A stretch of DNA of 64,000 nucleotides, from NCBI RefSeq assembly GCF_963853765.1, contig NC_088860.1, positions 16,244,001 to 16,308,000 of the forward strand, read 5' to 3'. Shown in pieces: positions 1 to 11,300 of the stretch (the first letter of the stretch is position 1; every line of letters starts with the position of its first letter). The notes beneath the pieces are model-generated. The model worked only from the letters and a program-made list of their open reading frames with translations. It ran no database searches and was not told the origin of the DNA. The position numbers and the translations under genes are program-made. This DNA comes from Magallana gigas. Taxonomy: Eukaryota.

Positions 1-1079
1 AGCCTGCTGAGTTTCTCTCTCAGTGTCAATACTACTCTGGTTTGATGCTGTTTTTCTTGGCGATCTCTTCTTGACTCCTTTAGTACTTTTTACATGTTTC
101 TTCTCCTTTGGCACTACTTGCTGGACATCTTCTGTCTTGGCGATGTCTGATGATGCTCCACTGACTTCTGTCATAAAGAAACTGTCCACTGAGGAGACAT
201 CTGTATCTGTGTCTTGGGTTACCACAGCTTTGTGCATTTCTCTAGCTCTTTCCATGATTTTTCTTTTGAGAGGTTTGAGTTGAGGTTTGTATGACTTTGT
301 TAAGTGGCATGGCATATGCCTTTGATCCATGCCTCTGGCATCGTGCCGACCAGGAGGAATTTTGGCATGAGGTGGAGGTGACACAATATCATCTGTTGAG
401 AGAATGGATTTTTTGTTCATGCATAAGAATATCCATAACAAAATTCCATAATAAGTACTTCTTATATTCAATACATGTACATGTATTAACTTTCGATGTG
501 CTTCTATATGTTGAGTCATTAAATTTAAGAACTTCATTTTTTATGATTAATATTAAGAAATCAAACATTTAATTCATAATCATCTTTGCCAGCCAAGGGC
601 CTGGTTCATATCCCTTTTATATCTTTCAAGCAAAGATTAGGGGAATACAGATCGGACACTTGGGCAGCGAGGATGATCTACAATAAGCTGATGCTCACAG
701 CTAAATATGATACAAAGTATATATCTGACCATAATAACTTTATACCTGACATTCTTAGAAATGAATAAATGAAATACTTACATGGATCAAGAGCTTGGAA
801 CAAATATTTCCTGTCATAAGGAACCATATGAAAGCATCTATCATGCACAACATCTTCACTGAAAGATAAGTCTGCACTGATCCTCTTGAGATAACTCCTC
901 TGTACGGGTTCTGGTGCTTGAAAAGATTTAAAGATCACTGAAGAGGGTGCAGGTTTGTGTGAAAGTTTTAATTCAAAGTTTGTTTCCTCAGATCCAAGTT
1001 GTGGAATTTTGACTTTGGCAGCACATGGAAATAATGCTGGTGTTTTCACTCTGTCCGATTTTTCTCTAAATAGAGCCAT
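1..1079 (-). CDS. Partial multi-exon gene, uncharacterised protein; runs off the window start
   Basis: Exon 1079-782 (MALFREKSDRVKTPALF...KYLFQALDP) follows a pyrimidine-rich acceptor and ends at a GTAAGT donor. An open, coding-like frame runs from about 385 to 1 (...KRKIMERAREMHKAVVTQDTDTDVSSVDSFFMTEV...) with no stop. An intermediate exon may start at 677, but I could not resolve the joins. No family recognised. Confidence 0.5.
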
Positions 1080-4000
1080 TGTGCTGCTGATTCTCTTAAA
1101 TAAAACGAAACACATGAATGCTATATAAAAATAAATGAATAAATAGATATTTTGCGATAGTTCATTGCATGTATTTGAATTATAAATTAACTTATAAAAT
1201 ATGCTAAAATGTGTATTGAGTAATTTATCTGAGAATAATGCATCATAACCCAAACATAACAAATAATTGATAATACAATTTGATTTGTACATTTTTTTCC
1301 CATAAAATTCATTTTAAAATTTCTTAGAAAGGTAGAAATTTATTTTGTTTAAATATTTTTATTATTTCGAAAACAATGTGTTAGACAGAGAACTATAATA
1401 CAGTATCCTATCTCTATATTTAAGTATGTTGTTGGTTCACTTCCCATGCATTATATGTAGTAGCAAAACCAGACTGATTTCTTTTAATTAAAAAAACCAG
1501 TCCAGAACAATTTTCACACAAATAAGGATGAAATGAATAAATGAGGTTAAGTAAGGTTTAAAATGGTTTCCGTTTATTTGCTTTGATTATCCAATAAATT
1601 TACATGCATAAAAACAAGTACTCCTGAATGAATGTCGTTTTCATTTAAAACGGTAATTAAATAACTGTGTACATTACATGTATCGTACGTTTGAATAATA
1701 CATACAATCACCTATTGACACTGAAGGAAATTCGAACTAATTTCTATTGTTGGCGTTTTGCAGTTCGGCGGATAGTCGACTTGATTCATTAACCTTTTTA
1801 CATGTTTGATCATTTTTCGCCATCATTCTCAACGCAACTGGCTTAAATCATATCCCATCAAAGGATTTTATCTTAACTTCACATTTTTTTTCACTTCGGA
1901 AAGGCAAGATTGTTTTGGAGTATCCAAGAGAATAGTCAACGTTGATCAGATGTTTGAATCAAAATGACTTCCGAACCCGATATTTTTTAACTAACGTGTC
2001 AAGTGTGTATTCTTTTCATCTCAGAGATATACATGTAAACACAAACAAGAAACTCCAACTATCTTAATTTTATAAAAAGATTTTCACTTTCAATTATGAC
2101 TTTCTCAACAATTTTTTTTTAACTATTTCGCAGTAAATATTTTCTTTTGAGAAGTGTACATAGGCTACAGTATGCCTGTCCACTTCTCAAAAGAGAGCAC
2201 GCAGTAAATTCATCATGCAGTGAAATTGTAAATAATTTCATTAATGTCTATAATGCCAGGGGACATTCAGACATTTAGATAGGATAATTAATAAATGCTG
2301 AAAATTATTAAACATTCTAGGATCCAGGAATTTTTCTTTTTTAAACAAAATCATTAATGGGGTTGAGGCAGGGGACATACCCTCTACTTGAAAAATTCGG
2401 ACACTGAGAAAAAATAATTTGTAAAATTAAATTTTGATATATTTCAGGCACGTAGCATCGTTTTAGAAAGTGACAAGCGAAAGAAAAAAAGGAAAAATTG
2501 CAACTTCTCAAAATCAAGAACATCCTAATCCCTAGGGGAGGGGGTGATGGCGTACCGTACCCATAACTTCACTTGTAGTGTTAATTTTCTTCCTCTCACT
2601 TCAATATTTTACATGCTCGTAAAATGTGAGGAGATGGTTAATATTCCCTTTTCTTTTTAAAAAAAAGTTTGCTGTGCGAAAAAGTGCCCCCCCCCCCCCC
2701 CCGCCGACTACGTGCCTGTATTTTGTCATTTTGTCGTGAAGGAGAAGGACACTATGTAACTTGCGATCGATGGTCGATTTGGGAGAGGGGGTCTGGGGTC
2801 TTCATGATACAAATACTTTGCAGTTTTACCAAATGCAGTACTGCATGATGAGGGCCACTATCGGCCATATTACATGTAGTACTGTGAAACATTGTGTACA
2901 GTAATATATACATTTGAAGGAATATTTGCAAGATAAATGACGACAATATTTTATACATATCTAATTATAGATCTATTTCGCGTTCACTCATTATTTTAGA
3001 TTTATCATCTAAATGAATTCAAATTTAACTGATATAAATAATTAGCAACATGTAGAAGGAACAAAACCAATGCTAGTATGCAAAAATTATTTTGCAGCCG
3101 ATGGAGGTTCATCAGAGCGGTGTATTTTAATGGGCAATAAATGTCGAGGGTCATCTCGCCGCTTTGTGTAGAACAAAAACAGAGTGTGCGAGGAACACAG
3201 GAGATGAGACCCTCCCCTAGCCCCCCAGAACTCTCCCGCGGGGAGTGGTGATGGAAAGTTCTCATTCATCTTTTCAGCCACCACCTGTAGATCAATGGGA
3301 TACAGTTTCGGGGGATTGCGCAGCACGAAGGCGAGCGGAAACCCCTTGATTGAGGTCAAACGTTCCCTCGATAACCAATGCCTCAGTCTGCGAACTTTAG
3401 AAGAATTCACCGGCGCTTATTGTGCGATTTATTGTTTCTGTCATTTTTGTTAGGTTGTTTAATAAAAATTCAAAAGTATGTGATGATAAGGTCTAAAACG
3501 CAGGTCCTGGGGAAAACAATCGAGGATATATCATTTTTATAGTCTACATTTTTTTTTCGTTAAGTATTTTACAGTGATTTTAACAAAGGTTTTTAAAAAA
3601 TCTATGTATCCTATGAATTAAATATCGCTGTACTGTAAAGTTCAAGTTACATTTATCAAATTGGATTAATGTGCATGTTTTCTTCTTATTTTAGTCAAAT
3701 TAAACCTGCAATAAACAAACAAAGCCATCTGATACAATTTAATGTACAGCAAATACATGAACTTCACACAAGCATAAATTGGAAGGTTATTCTGTATATT
3801 TAGACAGGTTCTTCTTATTCTCACGCAACGAACTCAGTAATTCCCAGGGGACTTATAATCAAGAGATCTAATGTTTATTTAAATAAGAAGAGGAGTAAAA
3901 ACCAATTAACAAAGTAAACAAATTAATGGATATCGTTGGAGGTGCGCTCACGCGCTCTCGTTATATTGTTCTGCAAACACATCGGGCGAATTCGGTATCA

Positions 4001-4252
4001 CAAATTTAAATTAATACCCTTTTATCTTAAAAAAATTAAAAATGAAGTAAAATTATTCATTACAAAATTATTAATGCACATGTAAAAACTTTGCATTAAA
4101 TATGGGAATAGTCTGAACTCTGAACCATAACCACATAAATAAAAATGTACATATTCCCCATGAACGGATACTTTCCATAATCTTTGGGGTTTTTTTCCAA
4201 AACATATAGGATAAATATTCTATAAGAAAATAATAAACGAAAATTTAAATAA

Positions 4253-4718
4253 GTAAAGTAAGTAAGTAAGTAAATCATTTATTATAGTGACATGTGCATT
4301 TTGCATGTTACAATAATACAGTGAAACAATAATACAAGATAATAGCACCCGGCCCATCGGACCTATATGTCACTGGTTATATAAATTACATATCTAAAAG
4401 TCAACGTGAAAATTTTGATTTTCTTAGTTTTAGAGCATTAATAATAAATTGAGAGCATTGCCGGGGATAAGTACATACTAAAGTTCTGAATAATTCAAAT
4501 TCTTCATAATTTGTTGAGCCAGTGGTATTTCTAATAAGTAAATTTCGTAAATCATTATATAATGTACATTTTAGGATGAAGTGAATTTCATTTTCAATTT
4601 CATTTAAATTACAAAAAACACAGAGTCTGTCAGTTAAAGGTTCATTTCGAAAGCGTCCAGTTTCAACACGTAAAGGGAGAATTCCACATCGGAGCTGAGC
4701 TAGGGCAGATCTTTGATT
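4253..4718 (-). mobile_element. 5'-truncated non-LTR retrotransposon (LINE) 3' end, RTE-X-like
   Basis: Translation RSALAQLRCGILPLRVETGRF...RLCVFC...IENEIHFILKCTLYNDLR is the C-terminal zinc-finger region typical of such ORF2 proteins. It is followed by a 3'UTR, AATAAA (+4278-4283) and a (TTAC)n tail. Candidate TSD TTTAAATAA at 4244-4252 and 4719-4727 (AT-rich, so tentative). Confidence 0.8.
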
Positions 4719-5066
4719 TTTAAATAATACGGAACAACGAAACTTCTTCATATTTGTCGGAACCTACTACTAGTTACTGATCATAACTTCATCTAACTAT
4801 CATGTATTGTGATATATCTTTTGCTTTTACAAATATTTCATTTTTCACTTATATTGAACATATTTTATTGTAAAAAAAAAACCATACAAAAGTATAAGAA
4901 ACAATTTCTTTAAGAGTTCTTCTCCTTAGACTGGAAATAAAAGTAATTAAGTGAGTTCATTTTATTTCTTTATACGTGAAAAATCCGTTTATCATATTCT
5001 TTTTTATGAATTAGTAAAAAAATCCCATGATTTTAATTTTTTTTTTTAATAAAAGTCCTTGGTGTG

Positions 5067-5068
<2 letters not shown>

Positions 5069-5128
<60 letters not shown>
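5069..5128. repeat. (CT)n microsatellite
   Basis: Direct reading, about 30 units. Confidence 0.97.
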
Positions 5129-5132
<4 letters not shown>

Positions 5133-5214
5133 TTTGATAAGCTAATAGGTTTGTTACAGCTCGGCCGTTCGCGCTAATTGAGCATAAATAGTTTCGTCAC
5201 CTCCTCGCAACGCA

Positions 5215-5350
5215 ATTGACCAATCAATTCACACCGTCTCCTCAAAAATTGAGAAACTATTCACGCTTTCTAATTAGCCATCCGTGAAATACTACTGACA
5301 GTTTGAGTAGAGCTCCGCCCCTATCCGAGATTTAAACGTTACAGATCAGT
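5215..5350 (+). promoter_or_regulatory. Probable nanos proximal promoter
   Basis: CCAAT (gaccaatc, about 5219), GC box (ctccgccc, about 5313) and Inr-like TCAGT (5346-5350) just upstream of the ATG. Confidence 0.4.
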
Positions 5351-5375
5351 GAGACAGGGACACTCGAAATGCACG

Positions 5376-6083
5376 ATGGCTCAGTACAGAACACAACTGT
5401 GTCCCCAGGACTCCTACGAACCATTCCAAGATTATCTGGGATTCAGTGACATAGCATGGAACAAGGATCTGGTCTCTAATCTCACACACCTCATGAATTG
5501 TTCGCCATCGTTCCATGACGACAACAGCAGTGATGGCGAATTTTTTGGTTCCAACTTTTCGAGTAGCCCGTGTGTCGGTCCGTGCAGTGACGGGGTTTTT
5601 GCACCCTATGACCCCCTGGACGTTATTCGGAGGGACTCTCTGGAGGACTTCAGACATAACGGACGGGACGTCGAACTGGACGAACTCGATAGCTACCAGG
5701 TAGAACTTCGGAGACACTCGTCCATTTCCGTTCAGTCAGAATCCAACCCGGTGGTTCTCGAAGTGTTGGCATTCAAAGAACGGAAACGAGCTGCCAAAAA
5801 AGCCAAGCAAAAGAAATTGTGCGTTTTCTGTAAAAACAACGGAGAAACTGTTGCCATCTACTCAAGCCATGTGTTGAAGGATGAAGAAGGGCGGGTCTGC
5901 TGCCCTATCCTCCGTAAGTACACGTGCCCTCTCTGTGGGGTCTCTGGGGACAACGCCCACACGATCCGCTATTGTCCGAAAAATGATGGTGAACTTTCCG
6001 CACCCAGCCTCACGAACCTCCATACAAGACGCTTGACAAATGGAAAACGGCGCCGAGGGAGCGACAGTGAAAGCAGCAACTGA
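5376..6083 (+). CDS. nanos: Nanos, single exon, about 235 aa
   Basis: Tandem CCHC zinc fingers CVFCKNNGE...[38 protein letters not shown]. First in-frame ATG is 5376 (acgATGg); the ORF track began at a GTG. AATAAA at 6530-6535. Confidence 0.96.
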   Translation: MAQYRTQLCPQDSYEPFQDYLGFSDIAWNKDLVSNLTHLMNCSPSFHDDNSSDGEFFGSNFSSSPCVGPCSDGVFAPYDPLDVIRRDSLEDFRHNGRDVELDELDSYQVELRRHSSISVQSESNPVVLEVLAFKERKRAAKKAKQKKLCVFCKNNGETVAIYSSHVLKDEEGRVCCPILRKYTCPLCGVSGDNAHTIRYCPKNDGELSAPSLTNLHTRRLTNGKRRRGSDSESSN

Positions 6084-6653
6084 AAAAAGAGACCACCAAA
6101 AGCAGCCGCGCAACATCGCAATCTCGCAACTATATCTCGATATTAAAGACCTTTTGCTCTATTCCTTAAAGTCGTATACTGTGGACTGTGATTTCTGACT
6201 CTTTGACCAAATTTTTATAGAGATCCTTGATGACCATACAATGTTTTAATTAGTTGTGACTTTTATTCAACAAAAGTTGTATCTTAGATTTTGATAAGAT
6301 TTTTTATGTAAATTTTGATTTTAATCTTTACGTATCCCAGTTATTGAGATGGTGCTGAAAAAAAATTGTACAGTAAATGAAGTTATGATTTTAGATGAAT
6401 ATATTTATAATAATCAATTTTTTAATTAATGATTTACTTAATTGTAGTCATTCGCTGATTTTGTACAGATTAGTTTTAGAATTTATTAACATTTGTTTAG
6501 TGCTTTAACCCCACAGATGTTTCCATGTAAATAAATTGTTATCACAGTTTCTTCAACTTCCGTTTTTATTATGTATTAAACTTATATAAAATTTATGTAC
6601 AGTGGTACAGGCAAGAGAAAGATCACGTTAAAATGGGTCTACTTACTTAGTGT

Positions 6654-6657
<4 letters not shown>

Positions 6658-6721
<64 letters not shown>

Positions 6722-6750
6722 GGAGAGAGAGATAGGGAGAGAGAAGAGAG
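6658..6750. repeat. Compound (GA)n/(GACA)n microsatellite
   Basis: Direct reading. Confidence 0.95.
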
Positions 6751-8369
6751 AATTTTACAAATGGATCAGCGAATTCACTCAGCTGTGTGTTTTAGAATTT
6801 CATTATTTTGGAACAAAATTGAGTTTATGATAATCATAAAAAAATCTACAAATTAATTTTAGGTGGGATATCAAAATTGATTGATTGGGTCAAACTTCAC
6901 GAAAATAGCATGATGATTGTTGTTTTGTACTGATCGTTCAGATTTGCCCATTGCCTACTTTATATGCTGAAACACATGACATGCGCTTATCTAGAGGGGA
7001 GTTCATGCCCGGATCTAGCCAATAGAAAAATTTAATGGGGAGAGGGGTTTCAAGGCCTATTTTCAGTAATTTTATCACAGGCGCTTGTTTCATACAGGGG
7101 TCTTTAACAGACCTCTTGTGTGCATTGGCGGGTTCCGGGGGTCGGACCCCCCCCCCCTTTCTCTGGGACATATGACTTTTTTTTTGAAAACTTGTAATGC
7201 ACAGACAATTTTTCCAATTTAGAATATAAATACTGTAGTTGTCTCAATTAAATGCTGTTAAAATTAAACTGCTTATTTTAAGATTTTCGTACAACGTACA
7301 GTATAATTGACATGTATTTCTTATATTAAGAAACCCTAACGATCTTTTTATCGAAAAAAATACTCCTCTTCAGCATCCAGTGTTCACTTCCTTGAGTAAA
7401 CACGTGGAAAAAAATTCATAAACTGAAGCAGTGTCGCTAAAAACACAGATTTATAATAACTTTTAAAATGTATTTTCTGCTCTATTTCTTTAAAAAAAAA
7501 ATCGGAAATAGTTCATACAGTTTTGAATTGACAATCCATCGAGTAAAACGACGCTCAATACGAGTACATGTACATGCATTTGTTTTACTTTTAAAAGCTG
7601 CCTTCAAATGTATTTTTTAGTTAATTAACTTAATTAAGTAATTATGATTGAAAGGTTTTAATCGGTTTTTATACGAAAAATTCAAAGAAAATTATATGAT
7701 AGCTTGTCGAAATTAGTCTGAATTATACTTTTTTTCATTTCTATTAAGCTGGAGACATGTTTTTTAAGGCTAGAAATTATGTAAATCTTCCTTACCTAAA
7801 CCAATACGCTCAATAACTGCAGTGCACTCTGATATTAAAATAGATATAAAAAAAGATATATTGACGAGATAACTGCTTATTAAATTATGCACGGAAAACG
7901 TTCAAAAGGCCTTGTTTATTGACAGATAATGAATGTTGCACGTATTGATTTTCAACAATTGGAACCCCCCCATTTTCCAAATTGCTGGATCCACCTCTGG
8001 TATGAAACAAGCGCCTGCGAATTTTATTATGGGAATTCTTAAAATAAGATTGAGATTTAAAAAGAGTTTCCGGGCCCTGGACTCTATCCCCCGACTCCTC
8101 TCTAGTCTACGTCCGCGCATGGAGTTCATGGGGATAAGTTCGGCCCAATCCTGGAAAATTTTAACTTGTTAAATCCACATTGTAAAATTACCAAAAATAG
8201 CCCTCGTAATCTGGCAAACAAAACTGTCACTCTGGCCTCTCTTCCACAAAAAAATATGTGGATCCGCGCATGCATATTATACAAACTGGTTAATTGAAAC
8301 AAGACTCTACTTTTCATTTTCAGTCGGGATCGAGATGCCACTTCCTGGTTGAACTGACAGACTTGCAGA

Positions 8370-11300
8370 ATGACGGACCACGAAGAGTTCAAGATGCTCC
8401 AAGAGCGTTATGATGTGTTGAAAGAATTGTCCAGCCAAGGTAAGAGTGGTTAATGGAAGTTATTTTGGACTTTTCATTTGTACCCATTGTCATCACATTT
8501 TTGAGACAACAAGCTGTAACGACTAATGTCTAAACTCTAAACCATTTCATATTATAATAATCATCATTCACCATAATTATTGAATATATATGTTAATTTC
8601 CCAAACCATCGACGGTTTTGTTTTAAAGAATAAACACTAGTTACTTAATCTATAATACTCTCATTCTTTTTCATGGTATTACAAAGAATAATTATATTCC
8701 TTTTTAGTGCTGAAACGAATGTTCGAATATTCGCGAATGAATAGTAAATTTCTAATATTCGAATGTATATTAAGCATTCGAATATTCGATCACATGTTAA
8801 ACATCCATATCAAGCACTGTAAACTATGCAGTATCGTGTTATTTCATTTTACTCGGAACGAAAGTAAATATAAAGCCATCTATGACTGCCATGCTTGGTA
8901 GAGTCTATTGCTTAACCCAGTAATAGACTCTTCCGCCATGCTTGTTTACCTTGAAAGTAAAAGCAGGGTTTACATCGAACGGAGACAAACATTCTAGATT
9001 TTTCAATTCATGTCAGACGCTGAAGAAAAAAATTGCTTAACTGTTTGAACGAGTGTGAGCTACGGAGAGTTAATATCGAAAGGTACATCGAAAGTTTTTT
9101 TTAAAAGATACCTCGATATAATTTGTTTTTTTTTTAAATAAACAGAACATTTCCGGAGTTATGAGCGTTATCAGTTTTCTGTTTAATACTATATCAAACA
9201 TGGCGGAAATATTTGGACTGACTTATGAAGTTAGGTATCGGTCTCATACAGGAGTCAGGAGTGCAGTATAATATTAAAGAAGTAATAAATCTTTTGATTG
9301 TAGTTGATGGAAATTTTTAAAAAATCAGTATATTATTATTTGCTTAAAAATTAAATGCGCACCCAATTCAATGGATGCTCATGCATTAAGTGTCAACTTC
9401 GAACTGACATGTTTAAGCAGTCTACACATACACCCACTTCGTAATACAAACTATCATATATGCTTAATACATTGTCTATGACGTCTACGAATATTCGAAT
9501 ACGAATCGAATAGTACTCACGAATATTCGAATACTGATTTATGGTATTCGTTTCAGCACTATTCCTTTTGTATTACTTCCTTGTCTACTTATATGATTGT
9601 ATGTATCCGGTATTTAAATTATTTTGATAGATAAATTATAAACCTCCAAGTGCCTTTTAGTTTATCACCAATAATCATCAAAAATTATATTGTATAGTGT
9701 CAAAGAAGCTTCATACTGGAGATGTCAGTCCTCAATTCTCTTTGTATAAATAATATGTTCCAGAGGAATTAATTTACCCCCCCCCCCCTTTCCACTCCAT
9801 CCCCAAGATATATAACACTTTCGTAATTTAACCATTCATTGACCAATTTTCCATGATATCATTGATACCTGAATTAAATTCAATTTCTTAAATGATGTTT
9901 TAAAGCTTATCCCTTTTTAAATCCTTTAGCATATAAATGCAGTTTTTACAAACTCAACATATCTTATGGGAAACTTAGACATATATGTACTGTAGTGTAT
10001 ACATACAGCAAAACTTTAAGTTTGTAACAAAACTACATAAACCAATTATGTCACATGTATTATTAAAGATAAGATATATTAATGAATCAACAATATATAT
10101 TTTGGTTTTTCTTTTCAGTTCTTGTACGCTATGATGATCTGCTGTATAAATTTCTTGAGAATGAAAAGGTGGTAAGTAGCAGACTTATAATGGCAGAGTT
10201 TATAAAATAATTATATACAGGGAAGCATTGAAGTATATATACATTTTGTAGACCAGGCAAGCTAGCTCTTGCTATACTCACAACCAGGCAATGAAGAAGG
10301 AAGTTAAAATGAAAATTGATAGTGAACAACTTTCATGATTGAAATCAAAATATAATATTTCATATATACCATACAATACTAGTAAATGAGAAAGGAAGGA
10401 ACTTTAGAAAATTTTTGATAGCACTGCAATTAATTATGTTTAAAATGAATTTGTCAGATATTTGGCATTTGAAAATTGAAGGTTACACCTTATCATAGGC
10501 AGTTAAACTACATAGAAGATATACATAATTTCAATTCAATAAATTAAAATGTTCTCTCTGTTACTTAATTACAAGTATATCTTAATGGAATGGACATTAA
10601 TTAAAATACACTGTAAAGATTTTGATAAGTCAGAAACCAGACAATTTTAACAATATATTTGACATACCGGTAATCATTTGTTGTGTTATATAAATCACAA
10701 TTGTAATAAAATGTTTACCTCATTTTACTACAGTACAACAGTACAGTGCACAAACTGAAACTGAGGGAAAGCCAGCTGAAGGAGATGAAGAAATGTAAGA
10801 ATAACACTGCCCCTCCCCCTCCCTTAATCTCGATATTAGAGATTCGGCTAGACTGGATATTTGGACTGATGTCTTCACCGAATCTTGGAACCTTCCTCTT
10901 CATAATTCATGCTGTAACTTTGGTTGCTTGTCAGTGAAGGCATCAGCCGAAATATCAAGCCAAGCCAAATCTCCTCCTCCCTCCAAAAAACCCCCCAAAA
11001 CTTACATTTTCAAAACAAGAAATTTTGATAAGCACAAAATAAAATTTATGTGATTATTAAAAGCACATTATGCATATATAACAAGAATTTTTTTTATTGA
11101 CATTTGACTCAGATATAGCAAAAACACTCTAATTTTATTATTTCAAAAGATTTGTATAAATATATATGGGTAATTGATTGCCTTAAAAAATATTAATCCT
11201 TTGTATTTATTTTTTTCAGTGATTCAGCCTGCAATATCAGAATATGAGAGAATGAAGTTAAAGTATGAGATAGAGTTTAACTGCAGGACTCAGGCAGAAA

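Noticed and set aside
3087-3410. 107-aa minus-strand ORF
   Set aside because: No splice context or domain; length is explained by local GC content.
5346-6116. Antisense and alternative-frame ORFs over nanos
   Set aside because: Shadows of a GC-richer CDS; no recognisable domains.
7078-8017. 18-bp inverted repeat GTATGAAACAAGCGCCTG about 900 bp apart
   Set aside because: No TSD or terminal structure; more likely two oppositely oriented fragments of a common dispersed repeat.
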